56,881 nt of DNA from NCBI GenBank assembly GCA_013044245.1, contig JABEVK010000066.1, forward strand, positions 1-56,881. The letters run 5' to 3'. Position numbers and translations under genes: made by a program. Below the pieces are notes generated by a model. It saw nothing but the letters and a program-made list of their open reading frames with translations, was not told the origin of the DNA and did no database searches. This stretch comes from Spirochaetales bacterium (lineage in GTDB: Bacteria > Spirochaetota > Spirochaetia > JABEVK01). Shown here in pieces: positions 19,219-28,641 of the stretch; within the stretch, counting starts at the first letter, position 1, and the number at the start of each line of letters is the position of its first letter.

Positions 19219-20612
19219 CAAAGACTCCAGTCCAGGGAGGTTCCCGGGCAATCCGCCGGGGGTACAGCCTCGGCAAAACGATCGGCGACCTCAAAGAGGC
19301 GCCCTTCCTCAAAGACAGGGGCCAGAACCTGTAGACCAACAGGGAGCCCATCAGCCAAACCGGCGGGAAAGCTTAACCCCGGTTGCCCGGTCAAGTTCGC
19401 CGTTACGGTGAACTTATCGGCCAATTTCTGTTGAAATGAGGTCATCGTGGTATCGCCATGAGCAAAGGCCGTGGTAGGAAACGTTGGCGAAAGAAAGACA
19501 TCGGCTTCTTCAAAGATCCGGTCAAAGTCTCGGCGAATAGCGGTGCGGACCTTTTGAGCCTTGGTATAATATTGGTCCTGGAACCCACTGCGCAGAACAT
19601 ACGACCCTAACAGGATCCGAGTTTTTACCTCGTCGCCAAAACCGGCGGTCCGCGCTTTACGAATCAGGTCTTCGGGGTTTTCGGCATATTCGGGGCGAAG
19701 GCCGTAGCGAATGCCATTAAACCGCGCCAGGTTAGCACTGGCCTCTGCGGTAGCGATGGTATAATACGCGCTCACGGCATACTCGAGAGTGGGCAGTTCT
19801 ACTTCGACCACCGTGTAACCCAGCTTTTTCAAGGTTGCTAAGGACTCACGGTAGATTGTTTCGACCCCGGGCGCTAACCCGGTCAGATTTTTCAAAACAC
19901 CAATTTTGCGTACCGGACGAGCAGGGCCCGGCTCACTCTTAAGTGAGGTTTGGTCATTCCCATCCTCGCCTTTTATTATGTCATAAACGGCGCGGGTAAG
20001 GCCTACAGATTTCGCGAGTACACCAATCACTTCAAGCGACGAGGCATAGGCGGTAAGACCAAAACGGCTCACCGTTCCGTACGTGGGTTTCAGGCCGTAC
20101 ACCCCACAGAATGAGGCTGGTTGTCGAACCGACCCCCCGGTATCACTGCCCAAGGCAAAGGGAACCTGCCCTGCCGCAACACAGGCGGCACTGCCTCCGG
20201 ACGAACCCCCGGCCACTCGGGTCACATCCCAGGGGTTGTTGGTTTTTCCCAGAGCGGAATTGTCGGTAGAGGAACCCATACCGAACTCATCCAAGTTGGT
20301 TTTTCCCACAGGGCGAGCCCCAGCATCAATCAGCTTTTGTACTGCAGTTGCCGTGTAGGGGCTGGTTAACCCCTCGAGCATTTTACTGCCACAGGTCAAG
20401 GGAAACTCTACCACGGCGATATTGTCTTTGACGCCGAACGGCAAGCCTGCTACTGGACTATCCCCTGAGGGGGCTGACGAAGTTGAGGTAGGTTTGTACT
20501 GAGGATTAAAGCTGAGAAAAGCGCCAATTTTGGCTTCCCAGGCCTTCGCATACGCGGTGTAGGAGGCTGATTTTTCAGAAAAGCGCCTCCACGAGTCTTC
20601 GAGTTTCGCCAT
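19218..20612 (-). CDS. gatA: amidotransferase subunit A
   Basis: Amidase signature KDN, GKTNLDEFGMGSS, GGSSGGSAA, GSDTGGSVRQPA. Confidence 0.97.
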   Translation of the reverse strand: MAKLEDSWRRFSEKSASYTAYAKAWEAKIGAFLSFNPQYKPTSTSSAPSGDSPVAGLPFGVKDNIAVVEFPLTCGSKMLEGLTSPYTATAVQKLIDAGARPVGKTNLDEFGMGSSTDNSALGKTNNPWDVTRVAGGSSGGSAACVAAGQVPFALGSDTGGSVRQPASFCGVYGLKPTYGTVSRFGLTAYASSLEVIGVLAKSVGLTRAVYDIIKGEDGNDQTSLKSEPGPARPVRKIGVLKNLTGLAPGVETIYRESLATLKKLGYTVVEVELPTLEYAVSAYYTIATAEASANLARFNGIRYGLRPEYAENPEDLIRKARTAGFGDEVKTRILLGSYVLRSGFQDQYYTKAQKVRTAIRRDFDRIFEEADVFLSPTFPTTAFAHGDTTMTSFQQKLADKFTVTANLTGQPGLSFPAGLADGLPVGLQVLAPVFEEGRLFEVADRFAEAVPPADCPGTSLDWSL

Positions 20613-20621
20613 GGAGGTCTC

Positions 20622-20900
20622 CTATAGGACGTTCGGGATCACGATAAAACGATCTTCTAGCTCGGGAGCCCTTTCGAGGGCTGCATCCGCCAGAGTACTG
20701 GGCGTCACGGTATCGGGACGAACGCGGTTGGCTTTCACAAAGGCGTGGGTGGTGGGTTCAAGGCCGTCTGTATCGACCTCTTTCATTTTTTCAAAGTACG
20801 AAACCATCTGAGTCACTTCCCGGCCCAGGCGTTCCAGTTCAGCGGGGGTAAAGGCGATTTGTGCCAGCTCCGCCGTAATTTCTAGCTCGCGAATGTCCAT
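20622..20900 (-). CDS. gatC: amidotransferase subunit C
   Basis: AELAQI, EVDTDGLEPT, RPD, APE...F.IP.V; position before gatA. Confidence 0.9.
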   Translation of the reverse strand: MDIRELEITAELAQIAFTPAELERLGREVTQMVSYFEKMKEVDTDGLEPTTHAFVKANRVRPDTVTPSTLADAALERAPELEDRFIVIPNVL

Positions 20901-20935
20901 AATGTGTTTCATTAACACAGGAAGCTTTTCTTTTG

Positions 20936-21985
20936 TCAAGTTTTGGCGGGACGCTGGGGAAGGCCTACCCCTGTCGCGGGGCGTTCCAGTTGAACGCTGT
21001 GCCTAAAGCGGAACAACTGAGCCGGTCGCCCCGTTGTCGAGGAATCCTTGCCCTCGGCCTCTTTGACCAAGCCCCCCTGCAATAAAAGACGGCGAAAGTT
21101 TTGTTTGTGAAGAACGACCCCCGACAGAGCCTCGACGACGCGCTGAAGCTGAAGCAAGCTAAAGACCTGACCAACCAGCTCAAAAACAACGGGTCGGTAC
21201 CGAATCTTGGCGCGCAGGCGGCCCATGGTCGAAGCCAGAATACGACGATGATCGCCTTCCATCGGCAAACCCAACCGAACATCTTGCGAACTGAACTCGG
21301 TCTCGGCCATCCCTTGCTGAGTAATAGGGAGGAGGTCACGCTCGGTTTCAGGGTAGGAATGCCAATCGCGCTGGCTTTCGGATACCAAGCCGGCTTCATA
21401 CAACAGCTCAAAGCGCGGCAAAACTTTTTCGGGGTCCCAAGTGGATTTTCCCGTGCCAAACGCCACAGCGACCCTTTGTTCACACGAAAGCCTTGCATCG
21501 CCCTCGCGTTGAGAACACCATGAGTCCAGCCGAGGTAAAATGACTTCATCAAGAACGGCCGGTCTCCCTTTGCGATGATCTTCCCAGGGGAGAAAATCAT
21601 ACCAATCACGCCAAACGCCCGCCCGAGTTTGCGACGGAGCATCAGGGCCCACCAGGGCAAGGTAACCAACCGTCAGTAATCGTCGACGCCGCTCCAAGCG
21701 GACAGGATCGCGGTGCCGGTTGCCAAAAGTGTATAGTTGTTCCACATAGCCCAACGACAAACCACTCAGTTCATCGACCCAGGCACGCACGGCCAAGTCC
21801 AGAGTCCGATGTTTTCCCGGATCAAAGGGTCCAAACGGCAAAGCTAGGGTTTGGTCCTGCGGCTCACTCAGTCCGTGAGTCGGTGCACACAGCCCAGGAA
21901 CGGTAAGCACCGCCACCCGGCCATCACGAACCGACACCACCACCGCTGATAAACCCAGGTCTACCGTCCAAACTTGTTCCGCCAT
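20936..21985 (-). CDS. nadQ: NadQ/NrtR-like NAD-responsive transcriptional regulator (COG4111; Nudix-like plus wHTH)
   Basis: LPFGPFDP..HRTL...R.WV, GYVEQLYTFG, DHRRILA....RLRAKI.YRPVVFEL, LHKQNFRRL, TGRPA.LFRF. Confidence 0.8.
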   Translation of the reverse strand: MAEQVWTVDLGLSAVVVSVRDGRVAVLTVPGLCAPTHGLSEPQDQTLALPFGPFDPGKHRTLDLAVRAWVDELSGLSLGYVEQLYTFGNRHRDPVRLERRRRLLTVGYLALVGPDAPSQTRAGVWRDWYDFLPWEDHRKGRPAVLDEVILPRLDSWCSQREGDARLSCEQRVAVAFGTGKSTWDPEKVLPRFELLYEAGLVSESQRDWHSYPETERDLLPITQQGMAETEFSSQDVRLGLPMEGDHRRILASTMGRLRAKIRYRPVVFELVGQVFSLLQLQRVVEALSGVVLHKQNFRRLLLQGGLVKEAEGKDSSTTGRPAQLFRFRHSVQLERPATGVGLPQRPAKT

Positions 21986-21994
21986 GGCCGTAGT

Positions 21995-23218
21995 TTACGG
22001 CTTTTGAGCAAAATACGGAAGGGTCAACCAACCCGCAGTCAGGGCAATACTTAAAACCGCCAAGGGCAAACCTGTCTTCAAATACTCACGAAAGGTGAGC
22101 TTAATCCCATAAGGACGCGCCGTTTCTGCAACAATTAAATTGGCTACAGAGCCTAACAACGTGAGGTTTCCTGCCAAGGTCGAGGCCGCCGCTAACACCA
22201 GCCAAGCTTTTGACGGGTCAGCCAGCGTGGGGATCAAGGGCTTGAGCACCATGACGGCAGGAACATTACTGATGAAGTTGCTGAGTAATGCTGAAACCGC
22301 CGAAAACAGCCCCCAGTTTTCTGCCAAAAAAGGCCTCGACCACGCTAAAAGCGCCTTAAAGCCGCCTGTACTTTCGACGGCCCGCGTAATGATGAACAGT
22401 GCCGCAAAAAACAATAAAAGCGTCCCGTCGATTTTTCCCAAAACCTTGACCGGCTTGACCCGTCGCGTGACCAAAAGGAGAGCCGCTCCGGCCAGCGCCG
22501 AGAGGGCCAAGGGCCAACCTAAAAAAAAGCCCCCGATCATGACGAGCAAAGCCAGACCGCTTTTCATCAGCAAGGCTTTGTGAACCCTTATTCGCTTCAG
22601 CACAGCGCCCGCCAAGGGCCGAGGACGAAGAGATTTTCGGTAAGTCCAGGACAACAACAGCCAGGCCAAACCCAGGGACAGTACCCCCGGAACAAAAAGC
22701 GCCGATGCAAAGGCCTCAAAACCCAGACCCGACGAGGTTGCGATCAGGATATTCTGAGGATTGCCAATCGGGGTCATCATCGAGCCGATGTTGGCGCTTA
22801 CCGCCAAACCCATCAAGTATGGTAATGGATCTAGCTCAAGGGCCAAGGTGAGCTGTGCGACTAAGGGGGTAAACAGCAACACGACGGTATCGTTGATAAA
22901 GAGGGCGGAAAACAGGGCCCCCGCGACAATGACCAGAGCAAGAAAGCCTCTCGGAGAATGGGCAAAGCGGGCCAGAATTTGCCCGGCCAGCTCAAAAAAT
23001 CCCGCTAGCCGCAAATGGGCGGTAAACACCATCATCGCGAAAAGGAGCGCCAAGGTATTCAAATCGATGGCTTGGTACGCCGTGTTGAGCAGGATAACAC
23101 CCAACACCAAGACAACCACTGCACCAACAAGTGCGAAAGTCGCCCGGTTAAAATGAAAATAGGGAACCTCGCCAAGCGCCACACCGGCAAGGATCACGGC
23201 AAGCAAGGCCTCTACCAT
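21995..23218 (-). CDS. ArsB/NhaD/SLC13-family anion permease
   Basis: NDT, ANIGSMMTPIGNPQN, SNFISNVPA, STLAGNLTLLGSVANLIV. Confidence 0.88.
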   Translation of the reverse strand: MVEALLAVILAGVALGEVPYFHFNRATFALVGAVVVLVLGVILLNTAYQAIDLNTLALLFAMMVFTAHLRLAGFFELAGQILARFAHSPRGFLALVIVAGALFSALFINDTVVLLFTPLVAQLTLALELDPLPYLMGLAVSANIGSMMTPIGNPQNILIATSSGLGFEAFASALFVPGVLSLGLAWLLLSWTYRKSLRPRPLAGAVLKRIRVHKALLMKSGLALLVMIGGFFLGWPLALSALAGAALLLVTRRVKPVKVLGKIDGTLLLFFAALFIITRAVESTGGFKALLAWSRPFLAENWGLFSAVSALLSNFISNVPAVMVLKPLIPTLADPSKAWLVLAAASTLAGNLTLLGSVANLIVAETARPYGIKLTFREYLKTGLPLAVLSIALTAGWLTLPYFAQKP

Positions 23219-23847
23219 ACAAGAAAGCTCCCCATTAAAGACACCTGGGCTAGACCGTACAAAAGCATCACGAGGGCTTGAACAGTTTTTTGGGGTTTAA
23301 CAAAAACTTTAACCGTCAAAAGAACGTCCGAAAAGATGAATAGCAAGGACCCTACGACTCCGATGACAGCGGTGGGTCGGGACCCTGCAACCACCGAAAA
23401 CCAACTGGTCCAGCTCATCACGAAAATAACGAGCAGATAAATGAGAACGGGGATTTTCTGAACCCCCAGATAACGCCAAAGCCACAGCATCAAAATGCCC
23501 CCTGCGACCGAATAAGGTACCAAAAGCCAAAGCAACAACGGTTGAGTTAGCCCCCCCGAGACCTTCCAAAAGGCGACGGCATAGCAGACATTTCCCAAAA
23601 GAAAGGCAATTACCCCTGCTTTGAAGAAAATTTCTTTTTGTCCCAGCAAAAAGACGTCGCCCAAAAACCCGAAGACCAAGGCACCAACAACCCAACCGTT
23701 AGAAGGATTGGCCGAAAAGACATAGTAGAGGATGAGCAACGGCATTAAAAGTGGTTTTGTACACCGATCGCCGTGCTGACTTTGACGGACGGCAAACATC
23801 ATATTGGCCGCTAAAACGACTGCGAAACACCCTAAGAGCCACGCCAT
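23212..23847 (-). CDS. YhhN/TMEM86 lysoplasmalogenase family membrane protein
   Basis: TKPLLMP, GDVFLL, F..G..AFL.G, GSLLFIFSD, Y.LAQ. Start uncertain (23883, 23865 or 23847). Confidence 0.85.
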   Translation of the reverse strand: MAWLLGCFAVVLAANMMFAVRQSQHGDRCTKPLLMPLLILYYVFSANPSNGWVVGALVFGFLGDVFLLGQKEIFFKAGVIAFLLGNVCYAVAFWKVSGGLTQPLLLWLLVPYSVAGGILMLWLWRYLGVQKIPVLIYLLVIFVMSWTSWFSVVAGSRPTAVIGVVGSLLFIFSDVLLTVKVFVKPQKTVQALVMLLYGLAQVSLMGSFLVW

Positions 23848-23947
23848 AAAACCCCCAACGTACATTACCCTGTTGTGCAACACCTTTTGAGCTTAGGCCA
23901 AACCGCTTACCCTTGACAGCTATCTCCCGAGGCCGGATATTCAAGAA

Positions 23948-25231
23948 ATGGGAATTTCATTACTTTTTATAGGCCTGCTTTTTTTTATTGCCCACTCCCT
24001 AGTCTTTCTGTTTAAGAGTACCAAAATCCCCGATGTGTTCTTTTTGATTTTGCTAGGGTTTTTAGCCGGTCCTGTTTTCGGCTTTGTGAACCTGAAAGAC
24101 TTCGGCCAAGTCGGCAACGTCTTAAGCACGTTTGCGTTAGTCCTGCTGTTATTTGAGGGAGGAACCCACCTCAGCCCCAAGACACTGTCACAGTCTTTGA
24201 AAGGAACGATGGGCCTCACCCTCACAACATTTTTTGCTACCGCCGCCTTAGCCGCCGCCGTCAGCTACTTTTTTATGGGCTTTTCGGTTTTAGGCGCCCT
24301 CACCCTTGGCACAATATTGGGAGGGATTTCTCCGGCCGTCGTTATTCCTTTAGCCAAGTATTTGGGTTTGTCTGATAACAACCAGACCTCGGTGATCCTC
24401 GAATCCGCCGTTACAGATGTGCTTTCGATCATCCTTACGTTCACCCTCATTAATCTGGGTACCGGCCAACATTTCGAAGTAGGCCCCATGATTGGGCAGA
24501 TTCTTTCTGCGTTTCTCTTTGCCGTCATCATTGGCCTTTTGGGCAGTTTAGTGTGGATCCTAGTTCTTAATTCGATTCGCGTCATTCCCAATACTGTTTT
24601 TTCCACCTTGGCGTTTGGGCTAGTCCTCTACGGGCTCACCGAATTTTTGGGTTTTTCGGGGGCTTTTGCGACATTAGCGTTCGGCTTTGGCCTAACGAAT
24701 CAGGTAGAGCTAGGTTTTCACAAGCTCCCCTTAGTCAAAAAAGGCAACCCAGCCAGTCTCACGGAGGTAGAAATGGGGTTTTTCAGCGAAGTGACGTTTC
24801 TGCTCAAAACTTTCTTTTTCTTTTACTTAGGCATCTCGTTCCAATGGCAAGGGTTAAACGCTCTTCCTTTTATTTTGGCGTTCTTGGTCGCCTTGTTTAT
24901 CGTCCGCCCCTTTTTAACCAGCTTCTTTTTGCGTCGCAAAGCTGGCAAGCGCGAGGGTGCCCTGATTGCAGTCTTAGTTCCTAAGGGCTTAGCCTCAGCT
25001 GTTTTGGCCACCATTCCCTTGGCACGAGGCCTACCTGATGGTCAACCGATTGCCAATTTTGCTGTCATTGCCGTCATCCTCAGTGTCGTATTTACTTCTG
25101 TCATGGTTCTTCTCGTAGAAAAAACCCCTGTGGCAAAACTCTACACGAGGCTTTTCAACGCCACCGACGCAACAATTCCTGAGGTTTCTGACAAAACTTC
25201 TCTCAGTAGTGTTCAAAACGAAAAATCTTGA
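23948..25231 (+). CDS. cation:proton antiporter (CPA1, NhaP-like)
   Basis: KIPDV..LILLG...GP, LLFEGG, ESAVTD, PKGLASAVLA. Confidence 0.88.
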   Translation: MGISLLFIGLLFFIAHSLVFLFKSTKIPDVFFLILLGFLAGPVFGFVNLKDFGQVGNVLSTFALVLLLFEGGTHLSPKTLSQSLKGTMGLTLTTFFATAALAAAVSYFFMGFSVLGALTLGTILGGISPAVVIPLAKYLGLSDNNQTSVILESAVTDVLSIILTFTLINLGTGQHFEVGPMIGQILSAFLFAVIIGLLGSLVWILVLNSIRVIPNTVFSTLAFGLVLYGLTEFLGFSGAFATLAFGFGLTNQVELGFHKLPLVKKGNPASLTEVEMGFFSEVTFLLKTFFFFYLGISFQWQGLNALPFILAFLVALFIVRPFLTSFFLRRKAGKREGALIAVLVPKGLASAVLATIPLARGLPDGQPIANFAVIAVILSVVFTSVMVLLVEKTPVAKLYTRLFNATDATIPEVSDKTSLSSVQNEKS

Positions 25232-25784
25232 CGTATTCAGGAAGACCCCAAAAAACCGGGCCGTTAATATTTGAAGGATGGTGGTGTGATTCATAAATCA
25301 TCGAATCACGAATTCGATCAACTCGGCCGACGGTCACATCCGAGTCGTCTATGCGGTTGATGGACTTCTTAAGGGTCTTGAGATAGGCCTCGAGTTCCGT
25401 TTGGCGATCCAACGATACGACAACGAGAAACTTTCCCAACCCAGCCGGAGGCTTGATCGGATACCAGCCATGGTCGGGGATATCATACCAGCGACCAGCC
25501 TGAATCCCTTGTTGGGCTAAAACGGTGATAAAGCCCTTGGTATTTTCGGCTAAAACATACAAAAAGGCATCCTGATCGGCTTCTAGATGAATTTGCAAGT
25601 TCTGCCCATCACGAAGGTAGTGCATTTCGTAGACATTCAGAGGCAGTTCCTCGACGTTCCCGCCGTCGTTACGAAACACTGCCATTCGCCACGATAGGCC
25701 TGCGGCAAACACAGGGGGTAAAAAACCAACTCCCAGCAACAAAAGTAGAATCCAGGGTCGCATTTTGCTTAGCATGGTACGCAT
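25203..25784 (-). CDS. secreted protein, DUF4384-like
   Basis: Signal peptide ending VFA; LRDGQNLQIH, AFLYV, PPAG..KFLVVVS. 29-bp convergent overlap with the antiporter. Confidence 0.6.
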   Translation of the reverse strand: MRTMLSKMRPWILLLLLGVGFLPPVFAAGLSWRMAVFRNDGGNVEELPLNVYEMHYLRDGQNLQIHLEADQDAFLYVLAENTKGFITVLAQQGIQAGRWYDIPDHGWYPIKPPAGLGKFLVVVSLDRQTELEAYLKTLKKSINRIDDSDVTVGRVDRIRDSMIYESHHHPSNINGPVFWGLPEYVKIFRFEHY

Positions 25785-25790
25785 CCTCCT

Positions 25791-26405
25791 TTAGGGGGCC
25801 ATTTTCAAGTGAAAAACATTGGCGATCCCATTCAAAAGAAAGCTCACACCAATTGCGGCGATAAAGATGTACATAATCCTTGAAATTATCAGACTGCCAA
25901 AGCGGCCCATTAGCCGATGAAGAATATTCGAGGCCCGCAAAATACCCCAAGATAGCGCCATCGCCGCCGTTAACGAAATCAGGGCGATAAGCCAGCCATC
26001 CCGGTCTAAGACCAAAATTGATGTGACGATGGCCCCAGGCCCTACCAACAGCGGAATCGCTAACGGAACCACTCCCATTTCCAGCACGTGATCGCCAGAA
26101 ATCGCATCATGGTGCTGAAAGGGCGTCAGAATCCGCTGGACGGCGATAACGGTTAGTAAAATTCCCCCCGCGATACGAAACTCATCAATAGTTATTTGAA
26201 AAAAGTACAGGAGTATGCCCTTACCAGTAAAGGTAAGAACTAACAGAGTAAGAAATCCTGCCGCCGCCGCTGTATTGAATAGCTTCTTCCTAAGGCGATC
26301 TTCTAACCCGTCGGTATATTCCAAAAAAATCGGCACGTTACCCAGCGGGTTGAGAATCGCTATCAGCGCCAGCGTTGAGTTAAAAATTAGTTCCCATGTG
26401 TTCAT
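25791..26405 (-). CDS. MarC family membrane protein
   Basis: LNPLGNVPIF, FRIAGGILL, VPLAIPLLVGPGAI. Confidence 0.92.
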   Translation of the reverse strand: MNTWELIFNSTLALIAILNPLGNVPIFLEYTDGLEDRLRKKLFNTAAAAGFLTLLVLTFTGKGILLYFFQITIDEFRIAGGILLTVIAVQRILTPFQHHDAISGDHVLEMGVVPLAIPLLVGPGAIVTSILVLDRDGWLIALISLTAAMALSWGILRASNILHRLMGRFGSLIISRIMYIFIAAIGVSFLLNGIANVFHLKMAP

Positions 26406-26419
26406 GATTCACAGAGAGC

Positions 26420-26782
26420 TTACTCGGATTTTCCCGTTTCCAGCAAGCCTCGGAATTCATCTTCCCAAACATAGAACGATTCTGCCACCAGAGTTCCACC
26501 GTGATAATACCGAACATAGGGAATAGCATGGCTATGAAAGACATTTTCTTTAAACATACGAATCTCGTTGAACCGCTTATGCTTGTCATAGACCAACTGA
26601 AAGACTTTGGCACCCGTGTAATCGTCAGTTAGCCATGACGCCATATCCACCCATTCCGGGCACCAGCCTTGAGTCATGATGACCGCAACCTTTGGTGCGG
26701 CTTGGGTAATGCGGTCAGGAAATTCTTTTTTTTCAAAGAGTTCGTCGAGCGCATCGTCAGGAATCGATTGTGGTTTAGGCAT
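26420..26782 (-). CDS. small thioredoxin-fold-like protein with a single-Cys WCPEW motif
   Basis: SD GAGGAG before ATG 26782; VAVIMTQGWCPEW, cis-Pro-like IPYVRYY..G. Confidence 0.65.
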   Translation of the reverse strand: MPKPQSIPDDALDELFEKKEFPDRITQAAPKVAVIMTQGWCPEWVDMASWLTDDYTGAKVFQLVYDKHKRFNEIRMFKENVFHSHAIPYVRYYHGGTLVAESFYVWEDEFRGLLETGKSE

Positions 26783-26861
26783 GAGAATCTCCTCGTCGTA
26801 GTAAAGGTAGAAAATATTCTTCAAAGTATCACTGTCACACAGGATACGGAAATTCGATAAT

Positions 26862-26907
26862 TTGTGAATTGTATCACTTGACATAATAATGCGCCTCAAG
26901 GCACAAT
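26862..26907 (+). promoter_or_regulatory. hyd operon promoter with an overlapping Rex/CRP-like palindrome
   Basis: TTGTGAA-TTGT-ATCACTT (26862-26879) overlaps TTGACA (26878-26883); CACAAT 18 nt downstream. Confidence 0.5.
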
Positions 26908-26993
26908 AAACACATCTGAAGAACGGACTCAGTCCTTTCCAGGAACCCCAGCCGGCTACCGAAAACGGTGGCCTCCTATCCAGAGGTGATCTG

Positions 26994-27278
26994 ATGGAGA
27001 AGAGAATAGGCGTCGTCGCCGTCGTTATTCAAAATCGCGAGAGCGCGAAGACGTTCAATTCTATCCTGGGCGAATTTCACGACATGATTTTGGGTCGCCA
27101 AGGCCTGCCCTTGCACGCTCGAAATCTTCATGTGATTTCGCTTATCGTTGAAGGTACCACGGATGAGATCGGAGCCATGACCGGCAAAATCGGCCGCTTG
27201 GCGGGTGTTCAGGTAAGGTCTGTTCTGACGAAAGGAGACACCGATGAACGCCGCAACTCTCTCGAAAACCTTCATTGA
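26994..27278 (+). CDS. TM1266 family iron-only hydrogenase system putative regulator
   Basis: MEKRIGVVAVVI, ILGRQGLP, ISLIVEGTTDEIGAMTGKIGRL.GV.V.S; first gene before hydG. Confidence 0.9.
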   Translation: MEKRIGVVAVVIQNRESAKTFNSILGEFHDMILGRQGLPLHARNLHVISLIVEGTTDEIGAMTGKIGRLAGVQVRSVLTKGDTDERRNSLENLH

Positions 27279-28641
27279 CCGAGATAAACTGTACTCGCTT
27301 TTGGACGGAAAAACTCCCACCGACGCCGAAGTCACGGCACTGTTGAATAAAGCCTTAAAGCTTAAAGGCCTTGAGCTAGAAGATGTTGCCGTGCTTTTGC
27401 GCGTTAAAGATGCCCCGACCATCCGACGGATTCAAGAAACCGCCCACCAGGTCAAAGAGATTATTTATGGTAAACGATTAGTTCTGTTCGCCCCTGTTTA
27501 TACAGGCAACAAATGCTCCAACTCTTGTACTTACTGCGCCTTTCGCCAAGAAAACACCGAGCTTAAACGAACCGTTTTAACAACGGCACAAATTGAAAAT
27601 GAAGTCCGCTTTTTGCTCAAGCAAGGTCACAAGCGCGTCCTTCTGATCTGCGGTGAGGACGCCGACAGTACCATCGACGACTTTATTGCGGGCATCCGAG
27701 CCGCCTATAACGTCAAAGAAGGCAAGGCTTCGATTCGGCGTATCAATGTCGAAATCGCCCCGCTGAGCGTCGAAGATTTTCGCAAGCTGGCCGCCGAAAA
27801 AATCGGTACCTACATCTGCTTTCAAGAGACCTACGACCCGATCCAGTACAAAAAGTACCACCTTAAAGGGCCCAAGGCCGACTACGAAAACCGTCTGTAC
27901 GTCATGGATCGTGCCATGGAAGCCGGTATTAAGGACGTGGGAATCGGGGCTTTGTTTGGGCTCGGAGATTATCGTTTTGAAGTTCTTGCCATCATGGAAC
28001 ATGCTCGCCACCTTGAAGAAAATTTCGGCTGTGGACCTCACACCGTTTCGGTACCCCGCATTGAACCTGCTGACGGCGCTCCGGTAGCCAACCACGTACC
28101 CCACCCCGTTTCTGACGACGACTTTAAAAAGATTGTCGCGTTGATCCGTATCGCCCTCCCCTATACTGGCATCATCCTTTCGACCCGCGAAAATGAAACC
28201 ATCCGTAAAGAGCTGTTTCAATACGGAATCAGCCAAATCTCGGCAGGGTCTCGTACCAACCCCGGCGCTTATGCCGAAGAAGGCGGCGATACAGGCGCTC
28301 AATTTTCTTTGGGCGACCACAGAACTCTCGAAGAGGTTATTTCTCAACTAATCGACGACGAGTACGTTCCTAGCTTTTGCACCGGCTGTTACCGCAAGGG
28401 CCGGGTTGGCGCCGACTTCATGGATTTAGCCAAGCCTGGTCTAATTAAAGAGTTCTGCCTACCTAACGGCTTGTTTACCTTCCGCGAGTACCTTAATGAC
28501 TATGCCACCCCCGCGGTTCGCGAACGAGGATTCGCCTTAATGGAAAAAATCACCGCGAACGTTGGCAAGGCTTCGCTTGAAAAGAAAATCCGCGACAATG
28601 TGGCAAAAATCGACGCCGGTGAACGGGATGTCTATCTATGA
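27244..28641 (+). CDS. hydG: [FeFe]-hydrogenase H-cluster radical SAM maturase HydG
   Basis: LFAPVY, CSNSCTYC, FQETY, GPHTVSVPRI, C-terminal PSFCTGCYR...FCLPN (CX2CX22C). Confidence 0.96.
   Translation: MNAATLSKTFIDRDKLYSLLDGKTPTDAEVTALLNKALKLKGLELEDVAVLLRVKDAPTIRRIQETAHQVKEIIYGKRLVLFAPVYTGNKCSNSCTYCAFRQENTELKRTVLTTAQIENEVRFLLKQGHKRVLLICGEDADSTIDDFIAGIRAAYNVKEGKASIRRINVEIAPLSVEDFRKLAAEKIGTYICFQETYDPIQYKKYHLKGPKADYENRLYVMDRAMEAGIKDVGIGALFGLGDYRFEVLAIMEHARHLEENFGCGPHTVSVPRIEPADGAPVANHVPHPVSDDDFKKIVALIRIALPYTGIILSTRENETIRKELFQYGISQISAGSRTNPGAYAEEGGDTGAQFSLGDHRTLEEVISQLIDDEYVPSFCTGCYRKGRVGADFMDLAKPGLIKEFCLPNGLFTFREYLNDYATPAVRERGFALMEKITANVGKASLEKKIRDNVAKIDAGERDVYL

Noticed and set aside
20965-21669. 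234-aa alternative-frame ORF inside nadQ
   Set aside because: Same-strand overlap with a well-supported gene; Arg/Trp/Cys-rich composition typical of off-frame translation.
27577-28347. 256-aa ORF antisense to hydG
   Set aside because: Antisense shadow with no independent evidence.
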